Below are positions 49,226-61,900 of a DNA stretch of 64,000 bases, piece after piece (position 1 is the first letter of the stretch; each line of letters opens with the position of its first letter). Where the stretch lies: NCBI GenBank assembly GCA_051362555.1, contig CM120642.1, positions 23,994,001-24,058,000 of the forward strand, written 5' to 3'. The position numbers were made by a program, and so were the translations under genes. The notes below the pieces were generated by a model. It ran no database searches. It was not told the DNA's origin and was given only the letters and a program-made list of their open reading frames with translations. This DNA comes from Lingula anatina. Lineage: Eukaryota > Animalia > Brachiopoda.

Positions 49226-50720
49226 CTTTCTTTCGCATTCTCTTCACTTCGTTTCCAGACACTAAGCGTCATTGCCACGGCGTTTCTGTGAATAGGTCGA
49301 CGAAGGTCATTGGATCAGATCTAGTTGGGTGGATGGCTTATTGGCAGGACAAGAGGCAATAACACATGCAGCTTAATCCCTGTTTGACTTTCTTTCGCAT
49401 GCTCTTAACTTCGTTTCCAGACACTGAGCGTCATTGCCACAGCGTTTCTGTGAAGAGGTCGACGGCCGTCAGTGGATCAGATATAGTGAGTGGATGACGT
49501 ATTTAGCAAGGCATAAAACAATAACACATGAAGTTTAATCTCTGCGTACTATAGTGAGACTTCCATGTGTCATCTTTACCGGATATATTCATAAAATGCG
49601 TGAGATAAAGGCAGCCCTGGCACTCACGTGTGACTTGATGCTTGCTATACGAAACGACCACGCATATTTTGATTCATCCATAATTTGATCTGTTTCAATC
49701 TATTGAACCGTTGTTAGAGCGTTGTTTAATAATGAAAAGACAACCAAATATTCAGTGGAGGTCGTTTACCTTTGTTTCGTACTTACTTTGAATAATCTAT
49801 TCTATTCTCTCACGTAAAGTTTTGGTGGAAGGATGGGTGTGGTTAAAACCGTGAGGGGGGCACAATGAAATGGGACTTTAAAAATGAACGTACACTCACT
49901 TTTTAAAACACAATGCTCGTGGCCACCTGAAAAACGATATTTTGGTGAAAGTGGGCAGGGTGTTCCGGAGTCCCTCTTAAACGCCCTTTCTAAAATTGGA
50001 TCTTTTTTATTCCTGAGTGTTGTGTTTATGCATTTGGGCATCTTTCAATATTATCGTGTTTTAATGAAAAGAGACATTGGGCCCCTGTAGCGTAGTTGCA
50101 TGTTCGGGCGTCACGAAGTGAAAAGTAAAGCTCTATCGCTAAATATACCGATCGATATGAAGAGGCCTACAATTACAGGTTATGGCTTCGACTGGTCTTC
50201 ATTTCTGAAATTAAAAGAAACATCTCGATTGAAAATGGTCGTGTTGAGCATAAAGACCACTGGGCCTATATGTTACATTTTTACAATAACAACGGTTAAA
50301 ATTGATAAAATTTAGCCCTATAAGAAGAAGGTTTTGAAAATGACCTTTTTTGTTGTGGGTCCTAACCTCTCGCACAATCTCAGGGGCAACATCTAGTTAA
50401 AGATTTTTGAAGTTTGTTTTTAGAACCTCCGGTCTTCATTTTTTGTCCTAATTTTCTTTGAAAAGATCTACGAATGTCATTGAATGAGATCGACTGAGCG
50501 TCATAGTATTGACAGGACACTGCACAATAACACATGATACTTGACTCCTGTCCAATAAAGTGAGACTTCCATGAATCATCTTTATTGGATATTTTCATAA
50601 AAATGCGTGACAGAATGACAGTCCATGCGCGATCACAAGTGTAACCTTATGTTTACTATACAAAACGACCACGCGTATTTTGATCTATTAAGCTTTTTGC
50701 TTTTTGTTCTGTTTCAATCT
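49226..50720. repeat. Block 2 of the tandem array
   Basis: Cores at ~49290 (truncated by a 162-bp local duplication), ~49452 and ~50460. Confidence 0.85.
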
Positions 50721-51957
50721 AGAATAGTGTTGTGTCATAAGCTTAGCTTACATTTGCCATGCGATGTCCGTGCGGTGCTCGTTTTCTGCTCATTTATAAA
50801 ACCTATATAATGCGGCGAATGTGCAGAGGCAGGAGGTGGCCCTGCGAAATCTTACGAAACCGATTCACGACCTCAATAACGTCTACGATTTTGTAGAACT
50901 TTTGACAAATTTTGAAAATTGTAAGCTAGTAGGTCACAGATGTACAGGGTAGGTTTATCAGATATGTTTAAAACTCACTGTGATTCACTTGCATGACTCA
51001 CGTGCTTTTTTGCCTGGATTGTATGCATACTGGGTAATTATTTCAACTTTGCTCGGTAAAGAAATACATAGAATAATTTTTTTTAATGTTCCGGTTTGCA
51101 ACACCAACTTTACGCCAGAAACCACGCACCGTCCGTCCTCGACCAAAATCTGACAAAAGAGAGTGGTGTACATTGAAGCATAATACATTTTTTGTCTAAC
51201 ACGATGAAAGTCAAACCTATTTAAGTTCCGAATCTTTTGTTCAAGTTATCATGATTACAATACAATACATAATACAATAACTACCGATCATTTCGGCAAG
51301 TTTATTATGCTAGAAATAGGACAAAGAACGTCTTAAAGTAAATTTCTTAGTTTTCACAACCAGATGAAGCGACCAAAGGGATAACTGAGATGGTGTAAAA
51401 CTTAAACATAATAATGTATACTGTACCAGGAACGTGCCTGTAAGTTACACTTATAACGGACCTAGTTGTAGAATATACCACGTCCACTGGTCCCCATACA
51501 GATGGAAAAAAGTCCAATAATAACTAGTACCAACTTCTCCATAAAAAGATTTATTTTGTATCAGTGAAAAACTAGTGACAAAATTTCGAGAACCCCACGC
51601 AGAGGCAACTTGTCTACAATCAATATGGACAAGATTTTTAAAAAATGGCATCAAGCAAGTTATGCGATCTTTTCAATGGGGGGGGGGGGATTTTACACAC
51701 ACAGTATTTAAGCCATAAATTCTTATTAGTAGCATAGGCCAGAAATATACATCGTTAGTATATTGCGTCAATTATAACACTACAGCAACAGCGATAATAA
51801 AAGAAGATTTTACAGCTAGAGCGATTACCAAGCTTCCTGGCTAGGATGTTCCATAATTACTAGTACCAAATTCTCCATAAAAAAATAATTTTGTATTAGT
51901 GAAAGATAAGTGACAAAATTTCGAAAACCCCTGCAGAGGCAAATTATCTGCAATCAA

Positions 51958-53295
51958 TCAGTTGGTCCGTGGATCAACTGTTCCGGATGTGACCTGAACA
52001 CTACGTCTACATTTAAATAAAGCAATAAATGCCGCTCTGAACCGCCTATTCAATAACCCATATATAATTGGATTAATTAATGAACTAACCATTACAATCT
52101 TGATACATATGTTAGATAAAACATTATAAGTGTTGTTTTCGGAAAGCTTTATACTAAGACTCAGTATTACAGCGGGTAGATAAAGAGCAACAAACGCTAC
52201 TAAAGTAATTGCTGTCATCTTCAATAATTTTAAGTCGAATTCATTTGTCTGTTTGTTTCTTTGTTCATTTGCTTGTATATTTGCCTGTTTCTTTGTTCGT
52301 TCCTTCTTTTGGTCTTGTTTTGACTGACAAGTTTCTTGGGAACTTTGCGGTTGGAATTTTGACGAAGGCCAGGCGGCTTTAGGAGTTGGTTTCGAACACT
52401 TCCCGCGACCTTTTCCTTTCCCCTTAAATGGCAATGGTTTCACTTCCTCAAGTTCTTCTACGACTATTTTATCTTTAAAATATAACACATTCGGTGTGCT
52501 TGAAAGACCAGATCCCTTGGATGTTGATGGCTGTGCTTCGATCTTGTTCGTACGATCATTCTTGTTACTCCGATTATCCCTCATCTGTTCGATGTCATTG
52601 TTTTTGTTGGTTTTATACGCATTAAGCATCATCTTCTGTCGCCTAACGTGTAGAATGATTGCAGCATAAAACCCAAAGGCCAATATGCAATAAATGGGGT
52701 AATGCGGAGTTATCACTTTGGCTACGAATTCTTGTTGGACAAAGAGAAACGTGCATTCCACAGTGGGGGTCCATGTATTCCAACCCAATAATGGTGGAAG
52801 AAAAAGAAAAACAGGGTAAAGCCAACAGAGAGCTATTGCTGCGACAATCTTCTTCATTGTTACCGCTGACACATATTGGGAATGTCGGCAGATTTTAATG
52901 TATCTTTCAAATGCTATGAACAGCTTGTGGTCCACGGCAATCATCATAACTACCATGTTCATGTATATTTTTAATAGACATAAGTGTTTGTCGGAGACGT
53001 CCTTCATCACATACGTTGCAACTTTAGCGAACGGTATGCCAATAATTCCAGCGAGAAAACCGAGCATTGCAAGACTTGCGACTGCAACATTCGTCTTCTC
53101 GCGTAGTTCTTTGCATTTCACAAAGGCAAGTATAACGAGGCCATTAGCTCCAGTAACCACAACGGCCAAAAGTGTATCAAGAATAATAAAAGACAAGCAA
53201 TGAAGACTTACGCAAGAAAAGTAGTCCACGTCTGTTTCATTTGCAATTGGCACCAACTCGTCCGAAACATTCAATTCAAACTCTACTGCGGCCAT
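51958..53295 (-). CDS. Intronless rhodopsin-family (class A) GPCR, orphan, ~445 aa
   Basis: Seven hydrophobic segments; GAN in TM1, AFERY, LCW..P in TM4, PPLLGWN, ECL2 Cys, INPIIYG, NRRFRAAF helix 8. First ATG at 53295 (MAAVEF). Confidence 0.9.
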   Translation of the reverse strand: MAAVEFELNVSDELVPIANETDVDYFSCVSLHCLSFIILDTLLAVVVTGANGLVILAFVKCKELREKTNVAVASLAMLGFLAGIIGIPFAKVATYVMKDVSDKHLCLLKIYMNMVVMMIAVDHKLFIAFERYIKICRHSQYVSAVTMKKIVAAIALCWLYPVFLFLPPLLGWNTWTPTVECTFLFVQQEFVAKVITPHYPIYCILAFGFYAAIILHVRRQKMMLNAYKTNKNNDIEQMRDNRSNKNDRTNKIEAQPSTSKGSGLSSTPNVLYFKDKIVVEELEEVKPLPFKGKGKGRGKCSKPTPKAAWPSSKFQPQSSQETCQSKQDQKKERTKKQANIQANEQRNKQTNEFDLKLLKMTAITLVAFVALYLPAVILSLSIKLSENNTYNVLSNICIKIVMVSSLINPIIYGLLNRRFRAAFIALFKCRRSVQVTSGTVDPRTN

Positions 53296-53739
53296 CTTGA
53301 TAACTCTTCTGACTACAAACAGTTTTTTCAACGAGAGAGAGAGCACTTATATGGTGTCCAAGAAATAGCAGTAGCATAGGCCAGAAATATACATAGTCAG
53401 TATATAACGTCAATTATATCACTATACCAACAGCGACAATAAAAGAAGATTATATAGCAAAAGCGATTAGTAAGCTTCCTGCTTAGGGTGTGCCACGGTT
53501 GATCTCACTAGTCACTCGACTTAACACGCAAGGCGCTTCCTTAAACTGTCTTATTTAACTCTTTCAGGCTGTATTTAACCTGCGGGATCTTCTTTCAACG
53601 TGCTATTGTAATGTTCGTGTTTTTAATAGCCATATAAAAGCATATTTCTCATGCTGTTGTTATGAAGTACAGGGGTATGTTTTTATACCGGTCTTTATAT
53701 TCAGCTGCACCGGTATATATACAGGAGTTTCAACGATAT

Positions 53740-55010
53740 CAACTGAGTGAACAACTCTTTACTATGCGGGGATATGCAATGGGTACCCATCGGCACAAAC
53801 TAGTTTGTTTTAAATTAAACTTGTCTCTTTGGACACTCTGATATTCACTGTTTGTCTCGATGTTCTGTGAAAAGGTCGACGAAGGTCACTGGATCAGATC
53901 TATTCAGTATCAGAGTATTGACAGGACAAGACACAATAACACGTGAAGCTTGATTCCTCCCTGATATAGTGAGACTTCCATGGTTCATCTTTACTGGGTA
54001 CATAAATGAAATGTGTGACATAATGACAACCCACGTGTAACCTGACGTTTGCTATGCTAAACGAAGACGCATATTTTGATTTAATTAGCCAATAATTTGT
54101 TCTGTTTCAATCTGTTTAACCTTGATTAGAGCGTTGTATCTTAATAAAAACACACCCAAATGTGCAGTGGAGGTCGTTTACTTTTGTCTTGTGCTTATTT
54201 TGAATAATATTTTTTGTAAAGATTACACCGGTAAAGCTATTTCGCAAAATATATCCGGTCGCTGTTAAAAGGGTCAACTTTTACAGGTAATGAGTTCCAC
54301 TTGTCTTGCATAAAAGATACATCTCTATTTACGATAAACGTGTCGAAGAATAATAGACCAAAAGGCCCATATTACATTTTACAACAGCAACAAGGTTAAA
54401 ATTTATTAGTCAATCCTGTAAGAAGAAAGCTTTGATAAAGCTCTTGCTTATGTCAACATTTGAATGGACCCATACCTCTCGTACATTCCCATGGGCAACA
54501 TCTAGTTAAAGATTTGTTTTGAACTTGGCTTTTAGACTTCACTATTTGTCTTTATTTCCTTGAAGAGGTCGACGGCGGTCATTAGACCAGAAATATTGAG
54601 TGGATGACTTATTGACAGGACAATAACAATAACACACGGAGTTTGATCCCTACCTGACTACTATAGGGAGACTCTCACGGTTCATCTTTACTGGGTATTT
54701 TTAGAAAATGCGTGACATAAAGACGGGACAAATGTAACCTAATATTTGCTATGCTTAACGACCACGCGTATTTTGGTTTAGTTAATTTTCATCGATGTTT
54801 TGTTTTCTTTCAATGTAATAAACATTAAGTAGAGTGTCACAATAAAGGAATATAAGCCCGACTTTTTACCGAATATACAACGCCGGTCATTCCTTTTGTT
54901 TTTTAGAAAATGAATTTTGTTTACATTCTCTCATGTTGTGACATCAATATTAGTGATTAGGCCTAAGATGTGTGACATACACTGCAACAGAGATTTAAAA
55001 AATAACAGTA
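53740..55010. repeat. Block 3 of the tandem array
   Basis: Cores at ~53869 and ~54562 (spacing 693 bp); the spacer aligns with 49700-49800 plus 50120-50460. Confidence 0.85.
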
Positions 55011-55364
55011 CACAACCATTTATAATAAAATAAGGATAAACATATAAACTTAAAGGCACTTACCAATTGGAGAAGCTCAAAGTACCACAAGCACAGCTGC
55101 ATGTGCTTTAGTGTCAGCCAGCGCTATATGCGCTCATGCAGTAAGATGTTGGCGTTTGAGCTTCAGCAGGTTTTATCTCCGTGCTGGATGCAAGATCTTT
55201 TGTAACATCGGAATATGAGCTTAAATCAAAAGCCAGAAACTGCACTTATTGCCTTTGCCACGTTCAACTGTAGGTGATCAACCTGATTAGTGAACCTGAA
55301 AACAACAGAAAAAAGACTGTAGAATACTATACTTGTCCACAGTAACACACAAGCACTCACGCAT

Positions 55365-55397
<33 letters not shown>

Positions 55398-55939
55398 AAT
55401 AAATAAATAAATAAATAGTAACAATAGAAATAAAAAACAACATATCTAAACATCTTTAAACGAGTTTTTTCATTAAATCACCATATACTCCCATATAGAC
55501 CACAACATAAGGTAAGCATGTGAAACAGAACCTCAGAAAATGAACGATAAAAATTCAGATGAAATAGAAACAAATAATACATCCTCCAGTTGCTTGTTTT
55601 TAAATTCCATGCATGCCATTCCTAGGATCAGACCCATTAGACTACCGGGTATATGCTCCTCTGTGATGTGAATATGCGACGGAAACACCCGAGTACTGCT
55701 CGAGGATTCGGGGAAAAGCCGGACTGGACTGGGATGAAACAACCCTGTACCAGCGCCAAAGATTTATATTTTGCTATATATCGACAGATATTTCTCTGTT
55801 TAATTCATGGCAATTTTTCTACTGTACATTTTGGTATGGGGTTAATATCATCACTAAGTTGGCCTCCAAGATAGGGGAGAATGAACGGTCGTTACAATCG
55901 CTTACCTCCCATCTAATAGAGGACATCCCGTAATCAATT

Positions 55940-56160
55940 GTTTTCAAGACGACAATCCCCGTCCACAAAGAGCACTTGCAATCGCATATTTCTTGCAGAC
56001 CACTGCAACCTAGGGGTTGAGCAGTTACAGTGGTCGTGCATCAAGGTCGTCAGACATGAAGCCTTTGGAGAATCTGTAGGCAACAATTACTTTCCGAATC
56101 AACTGTCTACTGTCCTATCGACATATCTGAACCAACTCAGAAAAGCTCCGATCGATGACT
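55940..56160 (+). mobile_element. Tc1 transposase C-terminal remnant
   Basis: FQDDNPRPQRA (cf. FQDDNARPHRA) and SDMKPLENL* (cf. SPDMNPIENLW). Confidence 0.65.
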
Positions 56161-57056
56161 GAAGTAATATGGCAAACGACTCTCCTGTCAGAGGGAATGA
56201 CACTCCGCTTAAGAACTAGAGGAAAGAAGAAGTCGCACGAGCTACTGACCGTTTCTGTGACTGCAGCCACTAACATGCCTGTCTTTTGTGCTGCGTGTCA
56301 TTCTTTTTAACACAATTAACTACATGAATAATGAAGCCACAAATAATGCACAGTGTGTTTGTTTAATGACTTTAAATAATCCATATCTTTGGTATTGCTT
56401 AATTGACGAATTCAATTAAAAACTGGTGTCACTATGACACTGAGGAAATTATTAAAAATAATCAAAACACGATTAAAATATTTGTTGTTTTTATTTATTA
56501 CTAATTTTTTGAAATGTTTTATCAGAAATAAACAACCACATAATACCAAAATGATTTTAATTAATTAATTAATTAATTTCACACAGTTTTTGGAGACAGA
56601 ACGTGCCAATCCCCCGTTGTCTATGGCACCAAGTCAGGCGTACAAGTATTTACTCTATATATAAATAACCCTTGACGATCCCAGCGCCTATCCCTTCCTT
56701 TACTACCCTGGGAGATCCTGGCTCGATATTCGCTGTACACGGCGATAAGGGAACGGTCTATTTAAAGCGCATCCTGGATCCGTGAGCAGGACGTGGCTTG
56801 CAGTATCATATGGTGGCAGTGCGATCACAAGGTATGAATAACCATACTGAATAGCCATATTAATGTTCTTGTATGTAAATATAATGGACATCGCAAACCA
56901 TACAGATACGTTTATCAAACCGCGTGTTTTAATCTTAGGTGTTAGATTTCCTCGTTCGTCATATCTGTCTTCGGCGTATTTAGCGTTTTCCACGTGTGAC
57001 ATCCGATTTCCTGATCATCCTTTTCTTGGTATTCTTATTTGACCGTGAACCGAAGG

Positions 57057-57124
57057 TATATAAAACACGACTCGAGTCTAGTTCGTCAATTTTCCTTCAA
57101 AATCATATACCATATGGTGAAAAG
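57057..57124 (+). promoter_or_regulatory. Putative TATA box and non-coding first exon of TEP copy 3
   Basis: TATATAAAA at 57057-57065, Inr-like TCAATT ~30 nt downstream, donor AG|GTAAGG at 57124/5, acceptor just before the ATG. The same leader-intron layout is seen in copy 2. Confidence 0.5.
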
Positions 57125-57258
57125 GTAAGGAACGATTTGGACGCTAGGCTATTTTAATACGCTTTGCATATAACGTAACGTAACGTGTCGTGAGTTTACA
57201 AGCGTAATGTCGGTGGTTCATCAAAGCGCTAATCACCGCTTCATTCTCTGTTTCAGCC

Positions 57259-58132
57259 ATGATGCTGCGTATCATACTGTGTATTACACTGTGCTGGACC
57301 CTGGCGAATGCCTACTCCAGGTAAGTAGACCTTATTAATTCTATTTTATTTACTTTCATTGAGATCAATGTTTTACACGCATTCTATGCTTTTTCTTACA
57401 AGAGCGCGTCTCACATATTTGCAGACACGGCAGTTGCTATTATTGAAAACACATTTGACATACATGCGTATATTTCAGCAACAGATCAAACCCATCTGCA
57501 AGTTGTGGAATGCATTTTTGAAATAATTGTAAATCATTTAGACACCAATGCAGACATTTCTGAGACGAACCTGAAAGTTTAAAAATGTCCCATGAAAAAA
57601 GACAGGAGCTTGTCTTAACATTGTTAAGCTTATCGTGGTTGTGGCAACCTTATGTTGGAGACGTTTTTTTTTTTTTTAACCATAAATTCAGGGATATTTT
57701 AATGTGCTTTTAAAAGGCAATTTAGCTCAGTTTTAATTTCTAGAGAAATCTGCAATGCAAAATGTACAGGGAAGAACAAAATTAAGAATCCATTTAGAAT
57801 CATCATTTTCAAATCTGCATCTTGGTCTAGAATTTTAATTTCTTTTTGTTCAACTACTTTCTCTTTGAAGAGCCCCTAACACTTCTTGATAACAGACTTA
57901 ATGTTACTGTGGTGAACTTATGGGAGCGCGGCTGAACTTTTGCGAGCTCGTAATTAAACACGCAAGGAGCGTAAAATACCCAAAATGACACCCATGAGGA
58001 AACAATTAAATGTTTTTTAACCTTACTACGTGACTTGGGCGATGTGCAGATATATGTGACCTTGGAGTAAGCGGTTGGAAAGCTTTAATGAGATAAGAAG
58101 TGCTGATGCTTATCCACTGTTGCCAAATAAGT

Positions 58133-58169
<37 letters not shown>

Positions 58170-58933
58170 CGTTTACTTTAAAAAATATTAGAGCGAAAAT
58201 TTTGATATTTTATGCATAATAAGGTATAGTGGGTTCGTGACAGGGCAGAGCAAACGCCGTGTCCAAGTTCTATTTCTTCACACAAACACAAACAGACAGT
58301 TTTACCTTGATCTTCTCCAAAGTAAATCCTTACAGATAACCTTGAGCCAGCAATAGCAGTTATCTGTGATTGATTCTTAAATCAACATTTAAATTGACTG
58401 AATGCGGTTCTCTCATAATCGCCTATGTGTGAGGATGGTATGTTTAGAAGAAGGGAGTGCTATCTGGGTGCGTGGAAAACCAAACACTCGCAGTTATTTT
58501 TGTAAACTGACACGGGTTGGCACAGTGGTGTCATTTTTGTAAACTAGTATTAATGACTGAGCTTGTTATTCTATCTTTTCATTAGGATGTCCTTTATTAA
58601 AAAAGCGACAAATTTGGATGCCGCGGTCGTGAAGGCAGTTCCAAGAGTTAATAACAGTGTGAAGATAAGTCATCCAGTCGTATTTTATATGATAACAGTT
58701 TCTAATAGCTGTTTCAAGGTCAACTGAAATAAACTGAAAAGTGAAAAGTTTTTAGTATTTGATAAAAATTCATTTATTCCCGGTGTCTGTCCGAACTTCT
58801 TAAGATCTATAGAATTTTAAACGCGATACCTTTAAATTCGGTACTGGCCTAATCCCCTATTTCCCCGTTGCAAAACAGGGTGTGGTATTTCCCCCCCCCC
58901 AAAAAAAAAAAAAATAAAAATAAATAAATAAAC

Positions 58934-58964
<31 letters not shown>

Positions 58965-61900
58965 AAAAAAAATCTCCCTTCTTTTTATTTAAATGCCACG
59001 AGGAACTAAATCCAACCGATGCCAGTTAATGGACGATTTTCATCGAGGCACCTATTTTTAATGACTGTCCTTTTTCTCGGGAAATAGCCCATTATTCAAA
59101 AACTCTTTAAGAGACAATACCGCAAAATGCAACTACATGTGTACCCCACATTTTTGAAGGAGATGAACATGTAGGCAAAATCATCCGGACCGCAGGCTGA
59201 TAAAATGCTTTGGGAGAGTGAAGGCCTAAAATGCATATAAAGAGGCTATTTAAATATGTAACGCCTGTGGTAGCCTACTCATACACATGTATGTGCGCTG
59301 AAAAAGCGCGAACTTAAGATCTGGATGGAAAAGGGGAATGTGAAATTTAAGTATTGTATAAATTTGCCCCTCCCCCCAACACACACACAAACACAAACAG
59401 AGCCTACGGCCCTGGTCATTATTTTTTTTAGTCATTTGTGCCTGGTAACAGTAGTTTTATAAATATTTGTGGGGGAATTCAGACCACTATAGGCCCGACA
59501 CTACTTCGCTTTCACTTTGTCTACTTTAGCACGTATATTATCGTCTCTCCGAACGCCGTACGGCCGGGACTCCCTTTGAACGTCAGCGTGACCATCCTTA
59601 AGGCGCCCGCTCCAGTAGATGTCACGTGTACCCTTGTCAAGGACAACGTCGATATTACGTCACAGACCGGGACATTTCAAGCAGGTACAGTTACAGTTAC
59701 AGATTTTTATTGTACTTTTTAGAATGTTTTAAAGCGCGTACTTGGGTATAAATTGACTGTGTGAGTTGATTTTTTTTTGTGTTTGCAGTCTTAATAGCTT
59801 TTTGGCAGATATATCACACTACCACTACATTTTTTTTATCTTTATCTTTTAGGAAAGCCTGGGACCCTTTTAATTCAGGTAAATTCATAAAACCTTTATC
59901 CTCTTCACTGTTTAAATTTCTTTTCGCCTAAAGTAACCAAGTGCCAACTTTTATGGCCATTGAGAAAACTACGTTGTGCTAAAGCGACATGTTTGATGAT
60001 TCTTTATACTTTGTCATTTTTGGGTCTTATTAACTTTTAGGTTCCGACCAGCTCTACTTCCGGGTCGTACAGTCTGCGCGTAGTAGGAAGCGGAGGATTG
60101 CGCTTCAGGAATGAGTCCCAGCTCGCCTACAAGTCTAAAGGAATGTCCATCTTCGTCCAGACGGACAAGGCCATCTACAAACCCGGACAGACAGGTCAGT
60201 TTGATGTCATTGGACGACAATCGCTTGCCATTTATTGTTTACTTAGTAAACTTGGAACATTCATGTACATGTAGCCTACAACACAGGACGTGAGTAAAAT
60301 ATGAATGCGGCACCTACCGGTAAAAAAGAAAAAAGCGATCAGTAATTAAATAGAATTTCATCGTCCAATCTATGTTAATCTTGGAACAATAGTAGTCAAA
60401 TTTCTAGCGTCTCTGTTTACTATTATTATTTTTTTTACTTTCAGTGCGTTTACGAGCGTTGGCAGTGTATCCCGACTTGAAGACTTTCAATGGTCCTATG
60501 ACAGTGGAAATCTACGTAAATTTATTTTTATACCATTTCAATATTTGAAATGAATATTTTATCCTTATACTTATTTATTTTTATTTTTTGGTATCTTACT
60601 AAAATAGTGATCGATTATAATGATATAAATATACCATATTTACAACATTAAAACTGGAAAAGAATTTAGGTCATGCAGTAATTCTTTTAATAATCTCTAT
60701 TAAGAACCATATACAGCATATAGGGCCAATTGCTGACAACTAAATATGTTTTCTTACAACAGGACTCGCTGAAGAACAAAATTAAGAGATGGGTCAACCT
60801 GCAAGAGCCCTCTGGTGTGGTTGCCGCTGATCTTCCTCTCTCAGAACAACCGCCCCTTGGCAACTGGAAGATCAAAGTGACCGTGGCGGTAAGTTATAGG
60901 CACAAAAAAAATCATAAAGAAATATCCTATCAAAGCCGTTTGAGAAATTTACGATCAATACGCCCATTTTTGAGCTCCTAACTTGCCGTCATGAGTGCCA
61001 TTCTCCAAAACCTACCTCCATTACAAGGTTGAAAAATAAGTGGTTTGGGGCTCATTCCCATTGCAACTATCGGTCTACGTAGATAGCTCCCACTCCGCTG
61101 GGACTCTTGCTGAGTGCAGTCAGTTCAACATATTGACACGCCTCTTCCTGGCTTTGAGTAGGATGATTATACCAGTACGAACGTTAGCATTCAGCGAGAA
61201 TCCCCGATGAGTTGGATCAATCTACCTAGACCGATATTTTCAATGGGAATGAGCCCTTAAAACTAAAAAACGTCGATCGACACACGTTGATCGTAATTCT
61301 GTCAATGAGTTTAGACTTGGCATACATGTACCCTTGGAGTTAAGGGAAAGGATTGGATTTTTACAGAAAATGCTTAATAATTGTAAGGGTCTTACGCTCA
61401 CTCTTTGACACTCAATTGCTTTATTGTACAGGTATGGTCATTGCTTAGTTGTGAGACATGTTGAGTCGGTTGAAAGAGCATGTAATGCGTATTGCAAGAC
61501 GGATGTTATTGTACGGATGTTATTGTACGGATGTTATTGTACCTTTCGAAACGAGATATTACCATTATCATGTAAATTGTGTGGAAACACAAATGCTATT
61601 GCCGGCAACTATCAACATTAATTATAGAATGTGGATGAATTTCTAAATTATTAGATAAAATGAGCATCCTTATTTACCCACTTAGGGCCAAACCGAGGAA
61701 AAGCAGTTCAGTGTGGACGAATACGGTGAGTTTTAGTCATACTTATAATCATTGTAGATTCACAATAATAATAAAAATAATAATAATAGAAAATCAGGAA
61801 AATTAAGATAAATATTTCATCGGCCATAAATCATTGTATTAGACATGGACACCGGAGATAGTTGCACTGAGTAAGTGATCTTTGAGTTTGATTTCTCCAA

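Noticed and set aside
53296-53346. N-terminal extension of the GPCR from the ORF track
   Set aside because: Starts at a non-ATG codon; the first ATG is at 53295.
38290-54820. Array as CRISPR, 5S rDNA or snRNA cluster
   Set aside because: Eukaryotic context; units are hundreds of bp with homologous spacers. Only a few bases resemble the 5S 5' end, and no Sm site or U-snRNA 5' sequence was recognised.
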